The notes beneath the pieces are model-generated. The model was not told the DNA's origin. It did not search any database and saw only the letters and a program-made list of their open reading frames with translations. A DNA stretch of 63,767 bases, the filler included, from Squatina squatina (lineage: Eukaryota): NCBI GenBank assembly GCA_031763465.1. It is 4 parts of 4 records of this genome, joined end to end, with 100 filler letters (N's around TTAATTAATTAA, not from the genome) between each part and the next. Parts side by side here need not be neighbours in the genome. Positions count along the whole stretch, not along the records: positions 38,401 to 52,031 come from JARFOE010000230.1; positions 52,132 to 63,767 come from JARFOE010125456.1; 2 more parts are not named here. The stretch is one strand, 5' to 3'. Of this stretch, positions 50,367 to 63,767 are shown piece after piece. Within the stretch, counting starts at the first letter, position 1; every line of letters begins with the position of its first letter. Made by a program: the position numbers and the translations under genes.

Positions 50367-52075
50367 CTGAAAAGAAAAAGAATGTCAATCTAAATNNNNN
50401 NNNNNNNNNNNNNNNNNNNNNNNNNNNNNNNNNNNNNNNNNNNNNNNNNNNNNNNNNNNNNNNNNNNNNNNNNNNNNNNNNNNNNNNNNNNNNNNAGCCA
50501 TTCTCTTCGGCCTCCATCATAAATTCCGTTCCCTAGCCCCTGACTCCATCCCTCTCCCTGGCAACTGTCTGAGGCTGAACAAGACCATTTGCAACCTTAG
50601 TGTTGCATATGACTCTGAGATGAGCTTCCGATTGCTCCATCACCAAGGCGGCCTACTTCCATCTCCCTAGCATTGCCCAATTCCGCCCTTGCCTCAGTTC
50701 ATCTGCTACTGAAACCCTCATCCATGCCTTGGTTACCTCTAGACATGACTATTCCAATGCTCTTCTGGTAAGCCTCCCACCTTGCATTGTCTATAACCAT
50801 TCACTGGTTGTTAATTTATTAATACACGGTGGAGTCTTTCATAAAAAATGGAAAATGTTAAGTATTGTTGAACACTCATCACAGTCTGGCAAAAAAACGG
50901 CAAACTAAAGCCTCGAAAAAATATTTACTGCCTTGGAACGACTGTAGAAAATGTATATCAATGCTGGTATTTAACTGTAAGCTACTTTCTCACAATAATC
51001 TCACAATATCAATATTGTCAGATTATGGCCGAAAAATTCTTTAACGTTGCTTTGTCGGAAGTTAATGGAAAACCTTTTTACACACACAATTAAGGATTCT
51101 GTCACACTTCCAGCAAAGTCAATTTTTTATTCCCTATGATTTGTTGTTATTTTCCGTTGACCAAGAAAATTCTAATTCTTCCATTTTGCCCAAAAGGGTG
51201 TGATGTTTTGCAAACTCCTGCTAATATGTATGTAGAAGGAGATATTGCCATGAAATGCTAATTATATATGGCAATGTTCCAAATATTTTTAAATTGTACC
51301 CCCTCAATGACAGCAAAATAGAAAATTGCATCATTTTTCATGCAATACTTGAATGGGTCTTGCTTGCTGCACTCTGTCCACTGATTAAGGAAATTAAGGA
51401 TTAGAACTTACAATAAACTCAACCCTGACTTCCATTTTATGAATTCAGCTCAGCCAGAATTACTGCATTGATTTTTGGACTGTTCTTGATTTGTTCTAGT
51501 TTGCATGCAGTTCATTAGGTACTGTACTGGTACACAGAAGTGCTGTTCAGTCTTCTCTTTGTCTGGCAGTGTTGACGTTTGTTAATGTTTCACTTTAACT
51601 GGATTCAGCAGATTCTTTCGTGACCTAAATTCTTGAGCCGAAGTGGAGTAAGAGAATGTTTAGCAGGCACTAGCTGAAATCTGTTTTGCTGTGGGAAAGA
51701 AATTTAAAAGAGAAAACACAAAATCTTATGATTGTAAATAATCTCGCAATGTAATGTTTAATATTTTTAATATCATTGGACTAAAATGAATTAATACGGC
51801 ATTTTCATACTACACCATTCAATTATAACAATTTTAGCTCAGTTAACCACTACAGCCAACTACCCTGAGAGAAATCAACCATCCCTAACCATGTAACATC
51901 TTTTATAATATTTTACAGTGCCAGATAAAATTCAAGTTGCATTTCCCAACAATCTTTTCAACTGGAATCAACAATGTAGGTCAAAATCTAGCACATCTTA
52001 CCTGGTTTTGACTGAGAACGAAGCAACTACGNNNNNNNNNNNNNNNNNNNNNNNNNNNNNNNNNNNNNNNNNNNN

Positions 52076-52087
52076 TTAATTAATTAA
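52076..52087. other. Artificial contig linker
   Basis: Identical N-flanked TTAATTAATTAA. Confidence 0.95.
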
Positions 52088-52131
52088 NNNNNNNNNNNNN
52101 NNNNNNNNNNNNNNNNNNNNNNNNNNNNNNN

Positions 52132-52450
52132 TCCATACCCTCTGATCCCTTTAGCCATAAGGGCCACATCTAACTCCCTTTTGAATATAGCTAATGAACT
52201 GGCCTCAAAAGCTTTCTGTGGTAGAGAATTCAACAGGTTCGCAACATTCTGGGTGAAAACGTTTTTCCTCATCTCGGTCCTAAGTGGCTTCACCTTTATC
52301 TTAAACGGTCACCCCTGGTTCTGGACTTCCCCAACATCGGCAACATTCCTCCTGCATCTAGTCTGTCCAATATCTTAAGAATTTTCTATAAGATCCCCTC
52401 TCTTTCTTCTATATTCCACTGAATATAAACCTAGTCGATCCATTCTTTCT
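52132..52450 (-). mobile_element. CR1 LINE 3' fragment
   Basis: RTEMRKNVFTQNVANLLNSLPQKAFEASSLAIFKRELD. Confidence 0.85.
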
Positions 52451-55400
52451 TCACATTTCTGAATGTTGCCAATATTTTGCATTTGTAAAATTTGTCATCT
52501 ATATACTTATCTAAAATATACAGCCCTAAAAAATGGCAAAAATCTTTTCCCAGATTTATTATTCATTATTGATTCCACATTGTCCCCAGCTTATGATATA
52601 CCGTCACAGTTTAAATTGTGGTGGCACTGAAGTAACAAACTATTTAGTTATGAAATGGTTATAGTCAATTACGCTTGTTTCTATTTGCAGCTGCTATACA
52701 ATGATGGGAGACAAAAGAAAAAATGTCTGTCACTCACAGAATCCAACCACCAATTTTGCCAGTAAAAGATTAAAATACAATTACTTAATGTTTATATTTT
52801 ACCAGCTCTCAATTCCATCTGTCTCAGGCGTCACTATCCTTTCAGTATCCCGAATGGAAACATTGCAATGTGTTTTATAACTGGCTGCAAAATTATGGTA
52901 ATGGACATTTGCGACCACAGTACAAAACTGTACTTGGTTCAAGAATGATGCTCTGAATATGATAGAGAACCACATTCGTTTCAGGAAATCCTTGATAACA
53001 CCATATCATTTCGCAGAAAAAAAAAATTTCTAGAACACTTGCAAGCTATATTCTAACACTATTAGTAAGAGCCTTCACCATCTGTCAGGAGGTAGTTACT
53101 ACAAATTCTCAACATACTTCTATATATTTAAATATGAATATGCAAAGCAATTTCCCAGCAACATATATGATTTCAGTAATTTTGGCTTTTGGGTATTCTT
53201 TTTCGAAACAGTGCCATGGGAATGACAGCACCTACGAATTTCATGCTATATTTTCGACAGCGACTCAAACCCAAAACATCCTGATTCTGAAGCGAGAGTG
53301 CCACCACTGAGCAACATTTATCAAAGTCAAAGGCGAGGTAGAGAAGGTAAGCAGAGCAAGTCATCAGGAGAATATTAGCCAGAGATTCCTGTCACTGTCA
53401 CAGACTCATTTGAATAATTTCAGTCTCACAATGTCCCACTATGTGAATAATGTGCTCAATCTCACCTTTAACCACATCGTTCTGAAACATTGAATATGGA
53501 ACATTATCAGATTATCAGTTGGTGCCACAACGAGTAATACAGCGAGACAGAGATTTATTCAACCAGTAACCAGTTCCAATGACTTGCTGGAAACACTGAT
53601 GTCTGCAAACATAATAGCGGAATTGATTTGTATCTGCAGAGGATTCAATTGCTCATTGCAGGAATGAGGCACAGGAACACAGGAGTAGGTCATTCAGGTC
53701 CACAATCCTTATCCTTCATTCCATTACACCATGGCTGATCTGAACCTTAACCCCATTTACTGTCTTGTTTCCATGTTCCGTGATATCCCTATTTAAAAAA
53801 AAATATATCGATCTCAGTCTTGAAAATTAACCTTGAACACACATTGACAGGTTTGTTGGAGAACGAGGTTCAGGATTCAATTAAAGCTTATATGAAAAGG
53901 TGTGTCCTGATTTCAGTCCGAAATGGCAAATCTCTAATTTTAATATTATTTCGCTCTTTCTCAATTACAGCACCATTGGAAACAGTTTCTGTGCCTCGAC
54001 CCTATCGAGACCCTTTATTAGTTTAAATCCCTTGATCGTAGCATGCTCCACCCTTCGCCCTTCTAAACGCAATGGAATACAAGACAAGTTTATGCAACCT
54101 GTGCTCAAATTTTAAAGCTTCAAGCCCTGGGGTCAGTCTCGTGTTCTCTATTGAACCCCCTGCAAAGCCAATTCAGCGATTCAGTGATTTCTTTTTTTTA
54201 ATTCGTTCCTGCGATGTGGGCATCGCTGGCAGGGCCAGCATTTATTGCCCATCCCGCGTTGCCCTTGAGAAGGTGGTGATGCCTCACCTTCTTGAACCTC
54301 TGCAGTCTGTGTGGTGACTTTTTCAACTCAGTGGCTTACTGGGCAGTTGAATAAGAGTCAAACACATTGCTCTGGATCTGAACTTACATATGGGCCAGAC
54401 AAGGTAAGGACGGCAGATTCCCTTCCTGTAAGGGCATTAGTTAACCCGATGGGCTTTTAGAACTATCCGACAGTTTTATGGTCCCATTACTGACACGAGT
54501 TCTAGGTTATTTAATTAACTGCATTTAAATTCCACAGCTGCCCTGGCGGGATTTGAATTTCAGTTTCTAGATCAATACAAACAAATCTCTTGATTATTAA
54601 TCCCGCAAATTAACCATTTCACTACCGAATCCCCGAATACTGTGCTGCCCAAAACTGAATTCAGTACTGCAAGTGTGGTCTGACCAAACTCTGTAGAACT
54701 GAAGCATCATTTGATCATATTCAAATTTAAACACGTTGGTGATAAGAATCGACATTCCATTAAAATCATCCCTGCTCTGTCTCTCCTAACTCCAAGCCAA
54801 TTGCCGCTAACAAGGCTACCTGCAATTCTGTGCCCTCTCCTTGTTGCTAATAATATCTGTGGTAAACCATATCAAAAGAAGCTGGATATCGGAAAGAGTA
54901 ATACAACTTGAGAATATGGGAACAAACATTCCTGAGCATCATGCACTGAAGGTATTAACAAACAACGTTATACCAGCCGACAGGACATTGAATGAAGAGA
55001 GCAATTTGGAGCTGTTGCTGGAGGTTATCAGTACTTTACGATCTCAATTCACATACGACACAAGGAAGGGGGTGCAAATCGAGGACATAGTTTCCAATTA
55101 TATTCTGATAATGAGTTGGGAACAGAAAAAAATGTTTCAGAAGGAATGGACTAATTTATCAGACATGTAACAAGATGAGAGATACAGTTAAAACCTGCGT
55201 CACAAAGCAAGTTCAGAATTAGTTACCGGGAAAAGCAAACACCGCCTGTAGAATTGGAACACGGTAAAAAGGTAAACAATAAATTAAACTTGATTTGTCT
55301 TTGAGGAATGGTGGGGAGTCTTGGTGCGGGACACTGAGCTTCAACGCACACCTGAGCTGATATATTCACAGAATCCCTTATTAATACAGGAGCGACGCTT

Positions 55401-57003
55401 CCAGTGGGAGCATTAGGCTGCACTGAGCCTGACATTGGTGAGTCAGTGCGACATTGAGAAAACTCACTCTGTTATTACTGAGTAAATAGTTTCAACAGAA
55501 CCTGCAGAATTTTAAAACCAACAGCCGAAATAATTGAGTTTCATGCCAGTCACTTGTCTTCAAACAGAAACCTGGAAGGGTTTATTCGCACCTGGTGATG
55601 GGACCTCGTTAGACTGAATGTGAAATTTCAGTTTCCAGACTGAAGTGGGGAAATTGAACGACTGTCAGTGGATTGGTCCCCAGCGGGAGTCAGAGGAAGA
55701 GAAACTGGAGCATTTTAAACACAGTGAAAGTACATTAAAATATTGTCCTTGTCCGATATTGTCGAATCTTACTGGAAAGAATAGGAGGAGTGAATTTTGT
55801 TTGCGGCACGGAAAAATGGAATTAAAGTAATTCATTCACTGCCCGGATTCTCAGTTAAATCAAAACCTGTTTGAAAGACGTTAAATGATGAAAGTAAACT
55901 GCAGCTTTTGATGGAGGTTTAAAAATAACATTGCAAAGTCAATAAAACGCTCAGTCAATGAACATGGTACAACAGGAAATACATTCACAGAATTTATGCC
56001 TTGAGAAGAAAAAGTGAAAAAGTTAGTGAGATTAAAGCAGAAATATAGTTATTACCTGATTTGCAAATTTAGGAACTGATTAAAATCACTTACCAGGGAT
56101 TCCAATGGTTGCTATAATCGGAAAGTAAATCATTCCTATCTGTAAAATTGGCGGTAACACTGTAAATGGATAGGTAGTAAGCGGAACTCTCATTCTGACT
56201 GAGACGTGTTGCTGACTCTTGGATCTGGACACTGGGTTCCATGTGAACCTGTGAGATGAGAGATTCAGAGAAACCCCTTACTTATAACTGAACAACACTC
56301 CCCGTGGGAGCATGAAACAGCCGGAGCATTGACATTACTTCCAGTCATTTGAGCAGCGTGTCAACACCGTTCACTGTAATGCTTGTGCTGCACTGACTAT
56401 ATCCAAATTGAAATGGGCAATATTTTGAAGTGAAATCTCCCGAAAATTGGAATAATATGTTGCTCACATTTCTATCTATCAATGTCCTGAAAGGCGGGGG
56501 CTCTGCCTGCATCTCTGCAACACCTTAAACAGAAGCAGCTTCAGTTTTCCTCCTGTTGTGTGACAGGATTCACTGCTGTCGATGCACCAACTGAATTCCC
56601 CGAATTCTCAAAAATCTTTCTATCTTTACACTGCTCCCAGCTTTCGAAACACAGCCGTGTGAATGTGGGACATTACGATGGCAATTGAATGAGGAATTTA
56701 TGTCTTTAGGACTGGAATAGGTCGGGCTTTGCACCAACACCCGGAATAAAATAATTATAAAATCTCGGGTAGAAAAAGTAAATATAGACACAGGCTCGAA
56801 ATAACCATGGATTCACTGAAATTAAGATTTTGTAAAGGTTACAGATGGTGTTTACACAGTTTTAAGAGGGTTTACTGAGGTATAAGGACGTGTGCAGTGT
56901 TAGAATTGTTTCTGACACGTATGTAGCAGAATCTCTCTGGAAACCTACATCCCCTAGGATTTTGTGGGCTGCGGTGGGGATTCGAGGCTCTGCTCAATTC
57001 AAT

Positions 57004-57680
57004 GGGCCTGAAATTATGATCTCCCGGGTGGCGTTGGATCTGTCCAGAAACTTCGGGGCAGATCCAATGCCAAGACTGGGAAGCCCATCCCCAACACAGA
57101 GCTTTGCAGTATTTTTGCAAAGTTTTCTGCCGGGGATCTCTTGAAATTTCTTACGCTTGTTAAAACCAAGCATATCTGCTTGGTTTTGACATCAAAAGAA
57201 AAGTTTAAAAAATAAATTCAAAAAAATTACAAAGAAACTGGGTCATTACTTTAAAACCATTCCCAGTAAGGTAAGTGCATTTTTAAAAAATTTAAAGATT
57301 TTTTTTTATTTTCAAAAAAATGTTACTTATCTTCTTTTTATTAAATCTTGCTGTTAAAATCGGCTTTAACATGTTTTGTAATGAGTTTGTGTTGTTCATC
57401 TATCAATGAAGTTTTGACAGTTCTTGACAGATCGCTTCGAACTGTCAAAACTTCATTGAAAGCTGCACCTACCTGATTGGCTGGAGCCTCCCATGTGACC
57501 TCCCCAACCTCTTCAATTTGACTTGCCCGGGAAGGAAGACAGCCCCAGTCTGAATATCCAGCTCGGCCGTGAGGCGGGGAGGGCGGCTGGATATCACAAC
57601 CTCCCGTGGATCCAGGACATTTAGGTAAGTACGTAGTTTTGTTTGCGATTGGAGGCATCCGCACGCAGAATTTCAGGCCC
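57004..57680. mobile_element. PIF/Harbinger-like MITE, 677 bp
   Basis: Perfect 12-bp TIRs GGGCCTGAAATT / AATTTCAGGCCC, flanked by AAT on both sides (3-bp TSD), with no coding capacity. Confidence 0.8.
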
Positions 57681-57844
57681 AATATCTTCCAGTATTACCC
57701 TTTTCAGGTAGCTTCATTTAAGCTTTTCTGTGATATTGTGAAAGTTCAGGCCGAGGAACACAGAGACAGCAAAAGGTCATTCAGCCGCTGGGGCCTGCTC
57801 CACCGTTCAATTACTCCCCAACTCAATTCCTCCCGCCTTTATAA

Positions 57845-58225
57845 GGAAAGCCTTGCATTTATGTAGCGCCTTTCCTAACTACAGATGCCCCAAAGTGCTT
57901 TACAGCCAATGACATAGTTTTTGAAGTGTAGTCACTGATGCGCTGTAGGAAACACGGCAAGCTGCCACAAACAGCAATCTGGCAATAACAAGATAAGCTT
58001 GTAGTGAAGTTGATTCAGGGATACATATCGGCTTGGACGCCAAGGTAACACCCCTCTTGTTATTCAAAATGGTGTCATAGTATATTTTCCGTCTTCCTAA
58101 GAGTGCATACGGGGTTTCGGTTTAACATCTCATCTGAAAGACCACAGCACCAACAGTACAGCACTTGGTCAGTACTGCACTGGAGTTTCAACATACATTT
58201 TTGTGCTCAGATCTCTGGAGTGGGA
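57845..58225 (-). mobile_element. SINE (Deu-domain/SacSINE-like), near complete
   Basis: Reverse complement of CCCACTCCAGAGA...GTGCAGTACTGA...AAAGGCGCTACATAAATGCAAG. Confidence 0.65.
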
Positions 58226-58554
58226 GTTACCTGCTCCAGTCTGCACTATTTACTGGAGCAAAACCTAATTTAGTCTCATGTGTGGATGACTATTCCACTA
58301 CATTTTAAATATATATTGGAGACGATTTTGTAAAATCAACTTCCTATAAAATGAACATATACTAATGACTACTCACAGATTGCAAGCATCTGTTATAATC
58401 CCGCACATGCGCCTTGATTCAAAGTCTCACAAGCATTTTTGTTCTGTAACTTTCACATTTCGTTGCCTGATCACCATTTTTATGTTAATCAGACAAGTCA
58501 TCATAAAAGCTTAATTTTGTCAAGCTGTGCAAAACTGTACGAAAAAGAATATTT

Positions 58555-59394
58555 TGTGCCTCCATACAAGGAACACAGTGTGAGAATCTACTAACTGCTC
58601 CATAGACTAGATAAGACAATGTCTTTACAATAGTGTCTTAGAATTACCAGGCCTGGGACCAAGCAATGAACATGAAATAACAGGTCTTGAAGTTGCTTGC
58701 TAAGGCTTTTAGAAAATAAGACACAGATTAAATGGAGGAACACCCATCTTCCTCAGTTATAATCCAATGACAGGTCAGCCATAAAGATCTGACATCTTGA
58801 CGACCACTCAATCATCCCTTGTCCATCAAAGGTAGGGATGGGGAGTGGGCTGAAACTTCTTTCCTTTGTTTCAAAACACCAAATGTGTAGGTACCTGGGT
58901 CAATATCAACCCCTGAAACTGCCTGCAAACGTGTTATAAAAGGGGTCCCACTTACGAGAGTTAGGCTATAGAGCGCTAGGAGCAAGGGCTGTCCTGGAGA
59001 GGAACCAGGCGGCTCTGGCCAACGAGTGGAAGATCCATATGCCAAGGACCAATGAACAGAGGATATCCAAGTCGGGGTGAGGCCAAGACAAGGGCCAAGG
59101 GACAGAGGATAACCCAGCCCAGTTGAGGCCAAGGGTAGAGCCAATAAATAGAGGATAGCGCAGGCGGGTGAGGCGAAGACAAGGGTCAAAGTACAGAGAA
59201 TGTCCCAGGCGGGGTGTGGTTGAATAGGCACCAGGTGTGGGGGAAGGCCGCATTAAAACTTCTATCAAGAGGGAACGAACTCTATCCAGGACGGCACGGG
59301 TGATATATTTCTTATGTTGTACTGTAAGCTACTACTATGGTGCATATAAGTGCTGACTTTTGTGTTGTTTCTAATAAAATACCACTGTACCACA
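58555..59394 (+). repeat. Possible solo LTR with internal ~46-bp tandem repeats
   Basis: TATAAAAGGGG near 58935, four ~46-bp repeats at 59040-59220, AATAAA near 59373 and a CA end. The left boundary and TSD were not identified. Confidence 0.4.
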
Positions 59395-59419
59395 TTGGAG
59401 ATATGTGAATCAATTACGA

Positions 59420-59970
59420 AAGGGTGCAAAATCTCCAAAATTTTGAAATGGTGAGAAGAAAAAGAAACAGGGGAGTTTCAAAGAGACTTGGGTGTCCACG
59501 TTCCGATGTGATTAAAATGTCATGAACAGATATAATAAATAATCAACAAGGTGAATGGAATGCTGGCCTTGGTATCTATAGGTCGAGAATACAGGAAGGT
59601 AGAAGTTCTGCTGCAGCTGTACAAAGCCCTGGTTAGGCCAAACCTGGAGTACTGTGAGCAGTTCTGGGCCCCACACCTCAGGAAGATTATAGTGGCCTTG
59701 GAGGAAGTGCAGCTTAAGTACAAAAGGACGATTCCCAGAGTCCAATGGTTAGATTACGAGGAGAGATTGTACAAACAAGGATTGTGTTCAATGGAACCAG
59801 GATATGAAGCGTTCATTTGATCGAAATTTCTAAGATTTTACGGGGAGACGAAAGGCTAGGAAAATTGTTTTCGCTGGTTAGGTTGTCTCGGACGACAGGC
59901 ATAGTGTAAAAATTAGAGGCATACCTTTCAGGCGTGAATTTATGAAGCACTTCTACCCACAAAGGGAAAC
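59420..59970 (+). mobile_element. CR1 LINE 3' fragment
   Basis: NGMLALVSIGREYRKVEVLLQLYKALVRPNLEYCEQFWAPHLRK. Confidence 0.88.
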
Positions 59971-60054
59971 TCTCCATTTACAAAAGAGATAACATACCGC
60001 TTGTACACCATACCTCATAACAAGGCTGTAACTTATTCTAACGCAAAATACTAC

Positions 60055-61240
60055 ACATGCTGGCCTGTGAGATGCAAACATAAATTGCTGGATAAGCTTA
60101 GCAGGTCAGTCAGTGTTAGTAAAGAGTGAAACAGTGTTAATGTTTCGGGTCGATAACATTTCATCAGGACTGTAAAAACGTTGAGATGCAAGAGATATTG
60201 AGCAAATACAGAAGCAAGCAAATGGGGATGGGAAGTGAAGATCTGTGACAAGGTGGCAGGCGGGGGCAGGCTAAATGACAAAAGGGATGATGGTGCAAGG
60301 GAAAAGGAGATTGTAATGGTAAAAGTAAAGAAAGAAAAGTTGGTCCAGAGGAGGTGTAAAAGTGAACAGCAGAATCATTACCAACGGCGACCGTCCGATA
60401 AAATGGAAGCAGCGATTTTGTTTTGAAATTGTTGAACTAAATTTTGAGCCTGGAAGACTCTACATTGCCCAATCGAAAGGTGAGATACATTTCATCGATC
60501 TTCCAATTCTTTAGGCAGGAGGTCAAGAACAGAGTAGTGTGAGTTGGAGTGGGACGTAAAACTAAAGCGACAGGCGACTGGAAGCTCGGGATCATGCTTG
60601 CCAACTGAATGTAGGTGTTCAGCAAAACAGTCACCCAACTCCCCAGTGTGGAGAAAACCACATCGTGATCAGCGAATGCATTATACTAAATGGCAAGAAG
60701 TACAAATAGACCGCAATTTATTCTGGAAGGTCTGTTTGTGGCCCTGGACGTTGGAAAGAGAGGAGGTAAAAGGGCAGAAGTAGCACCTCTGCTCTTGCAT
60801 GGGAAGTTACGGTGGGAGAGGAAGGGCAGTTTGAGGGTGATAGAAGAAAGCACCAAGGTGTCGGGGAGGGAATGATCTCATTGGAATGCTGAAATCGGAA
60901 TGGAGAGGATGATTTGTTTGGTGATGACACCACGATGGAAGTGGCGGAAATGGTGGAAGATGAACCGTTGAATCTGAAAGCTGGTGGAGGTAGGCATAGC
61001 GAGAAGTCGCCAAGCAGCATATCTTATTTGGAGGAAGTGAGTGGAGTCAAAGGAGAAGCTGTGCAATGTATGATCAATTCCAGCCAGGCGGAGGTAGGTG
61101 GTGGTGGTGGATGGGGACTTGTTGGTCCTCTGTTCAAGAAAGAAGCGGAGGGCACACAAGCCATCCTGGTGGGGGATGGAGGTGCATAGGCTCTGGACCT
61201 TCATAGTGAAAAGGAGACAGTGAGGGCCAAGATGATGCAA
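60055..61240 (-). mobile_element. Penelope-like element fragment
   Basis: LLFTMKVQSLCTSIPHQDGLCALRFFLEQR (Penelope RT motif), plus a GIY-YIG region homologous to 13245-14174. Confidence 0.75.
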
Positions 61241-61499
61241 AGTAACTGATGTAAACTTTTATTCACAGCACCTTTGACGTCACTGGCTTCATCAATGGTG
61301 TGGTACTTGCATTGTGATTTTTTTTAAATTGTTCATCATTGATTGTCTGAGTTATTAAGAATTGGCTTAAAAGCAAAGTATCGTGGGTTCGAGCCCCATT
61401 AACGTTGAATGTTACGAAATCGATTATAATTTTGACTTTTCCATATTAATATACAACCTTTCAAGGAAGCATTCCTACGTTTACAACAGGCGCTCTGCC

Positions 61500-62460
61500 G
61501 ATTGACAAAACATTGGAGCATCGGAACAGGAGTGGCACAGTCAGTGAGATCATGGCTGGACTGTATCTTAACTGAATCCGCCTGCTTTGGCTCCAAATCC
61601 AATTTATGCCTTTTTCTTGCAAAAATCTATTGTTCGCAGATGTAGATGATTAATTGAGGCAGCAGCGGCTGTTTTGTAGGAGATAGTTCCACATTTGTTC
61701 CATCCGTTGGGTGAAGATGTGTTTACTGTTTTCTCTCCCGAATTCCTGGCTCTGATTTAAGATTATGTCCACTTCTCCTAGAATCCTCCACCAGTGGAAA
61801 ATGTTTCTCTCTACGCCCGTATCAATTAATTTTAAAAATCTTATAAACCTGAATTAAATCACCCCTCAACGTTTTTATATTCCAGAGAATACAAGCACAG
61901 TTTATGTTCTGTCCGCACATGACCTAACCCTTGATGCCCCGGTAACATTCTGCGGAATCTACACTGCTGTATTAGCAAAGGCAATATATTCGTTTTAAGT
62001 TGTGGCGTTTAGAATGGTACACAATGTTCCAGATGTGGTCTAACCAGGGCTTTGTATACTTCTAGAAAAACTTCCTCCCCTTTATATTCTAATCCCAATT
62101 TATATAGACTTAAATATAATTATATAACTTTGATTATCCTTTGCACCTGACTAGTTGAAGCTAGTGATCTGTTTACATGAACCCATATATGTCTTTGGAC
62201 TAACACTGTTCCGAGCTTTTCACCATCTAAACATGACTCGGATCTATCCATGTTTTCCATACTTATCTTTGTTGACATCCATCTGCCATATTATTGCCCA
62301 ATCTATTATTCTAATCACGTATCTGTGTAATTTTAGTTCCAGGCAACTTACTTACTACATCAACATTCCTTGCGCCATCTGCAAAGTTGGACATTTGGGT
62401 CTGTTGCGCCTCCAAATCATTAATCAATATAGAATGAACCATTTTTTTACAGCAACAATT
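61500..62460 (-). mobile_element. Old CR1 LINE fragment
   Basis: Decayed reverse complement of the CR1 3' region (TGTGGTCTAACCAGGGCTTTGTATA = YKALVRPH). Confidence 0.6.
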
Positions 62461-62669
62461 ACAAATGGGCCAAGCTGGGAAATCCTGGCAAGGTATGTGG
62501 GAGAGGACGGTAGGGTTAAGGTTTCATGCCAATGCTGATGTTCTCACAAATAAACATTAGTCAAGTGTTAGCAGTTATTATACAGTAAGAAAAAGAACTT
62601 GAATTTCTATAGCACAATTCTCGAACTCGGGATGTACGAATTATGCATCCAGTCTCAGTTTTTGTTCTG

Positions 62670-63440
62670 ACAGGGCCACTCGGCTCCAGACTTCATGATA
62701 GCCTTTGTCCAAAGGTGGACAAAAGAGCTGAATTCTAGACGTGAGATGCGAGTGACTGCACTTGATATTAAAGCACCATGTGACCAAGTCTTGCATCAAG
62801 GAGGCCTCCTTATATTGAAACCAATCGAATCAGCGTGCAAAAATCTCCAAAACTAGATACAAACGAAGCATGATGTTAGATGGTTGTCGCTGTTGGAGGC
62901 CAAATATCACAGCCTACGGACTTCTTTGCAAAAATTCCTCTTCATCTGATTCATCAATGACCTTCCCTTCATCATCAGATCAGCGGCAGTGATGTTCGCT
63001 GATGGTTGCACAGTGTTCAGTTCCATTCTTAACTGCACAGATAATGAAGCAGTCCAGGCCCGCATGCAGCAAGATCTGGACGACATTCAGGCTTGGGCTG
63101 TTACGTGGTAATTACATTTCACACCGCACAAGTGCCAAGTCTTCTTGTTCATCAGCTTCCAAACTCACGACCTATACAACATTGAAGAAAAATGCAGCAG
63201 GAGTATGGGAACAACATCTGCTTCAATATATCCCCAGGTCACGCACCGTCCTGACTTGGAAATATGTTACCACTCCTCCATCGCCGCTAGCTCAATATCC
63301 TGGAATTCCTTCGCGAACAGCACTGTGGGAGTACATTTATCACACGGACTGCAGTGACACAAGAAGGCAGCTCATCACCACCTTCTCAATGGGAATTGGT
63401 GATGGGCAATAAAGGCTGGCCTTGCCAGCAGCACCCACAT
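62670..63440 (+). mobile_element. LINE RT fragment (CR1/L2 group)
   Basis: Broken VTALDIKAPCDQVLHQG and FINDLPFIIRSAAVMFADG motifs. The 3' end matches 23450-23690. Confidence 0.7.
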
Positions 63441-63690
63441 ATCATATTTTAAAATAGCGCTTTATAGAAAATGAATTACTTTTTGAAGTGTAATCACTGC
63501 CAGTAATGTCAGGAAATCGAACAGTAAATTTCCACACAGCAAGATCCCTCAAATGATGTTGGTGGTGGGATCCAGTTTCTGCCCAGGAGATAGACGAGAA
63601 CTCCCTGCCTCATAGAATGACAGAATCACAGAATTTTACTCGGGTCGAAAGAGTGAGCCAACCTAATCCCACTTTCCAGCTCTTGGTCAG

Positions 63691-63767
63691 AGAAACATAG
63701 AAACATAGAAAATAGGTGCAGGAGTAGGCCATTAGGCCCTTCGAGCCTGCACCGCCATTCAATATGA
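63691..63767 (-). mobile_element. CR1 3' terminus with (TTTCTATG)n tail
   Basis: AGAAACATAGAAACATAGAAAATAGGTGCAGGAGTAGGCCATT. Confidence 0.75.

Noticed and set aside
25452-52087. Recurring TTAATTAATTAA palindrome as a biological motif
   Set aside because: It always sits inside N runs and is a synthetic join. Adjacency across it has no biological meaning.
53255-53315. tRNA-like sequence on the minus strand
   Set aside because: It matches a tRNA-derived SINE head (GCTCAGTGGT.GCACTCTCGC.TC.GA.TCAG), not a tRNA gene.

Overview
This window is vertebrate nuclear DNA, most likely from a cartilaginous fish (inferred from CR1/L2/Penelope-type LINE remnants, Deu-SINE-like elements and Harbinger-like MITEs). 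It is not contiguous. Three N-flanked TTAATTAATTAA linkers (25452, 38345, 52076) split it into four segments, and many 100-N gaps of unknown true length interrupt them. Segment 1 holds SNX27 coding exon 1 in a CpG island with four evenly spaced ACTACA-N2-TCCC (ZNF143/THAP11-type) motifs, a 3.9-kb (GATAGA)n tract, a 22/24-bp minisatellite and a DMRTB1(dmrt6)-like exon. Segment 2 holds a 9-kb 45-bp satellite followed by decayed tRNA genes. Segment 3 holds a 5'-truncated, defective endogenous retrovirus on the minus strand, then two AMZ2 exons and the convergent last exon of SLC16A6. Segment 4 is mostly retroelement debris. The most interesting object is the ERV. Its pol has an LPQG/YVDD RT, a tether, a second RNase H and an integrase. 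Its env looks like a class I fusion protein of Mononegavirales F type, which suggests a lokiretrovirus. A short Arg-rich ORF ending in an NES-like motif between pol and env resembles a Rev/Rex-type export protein. All family assignments come from motif recognition by eye; no searches were run.
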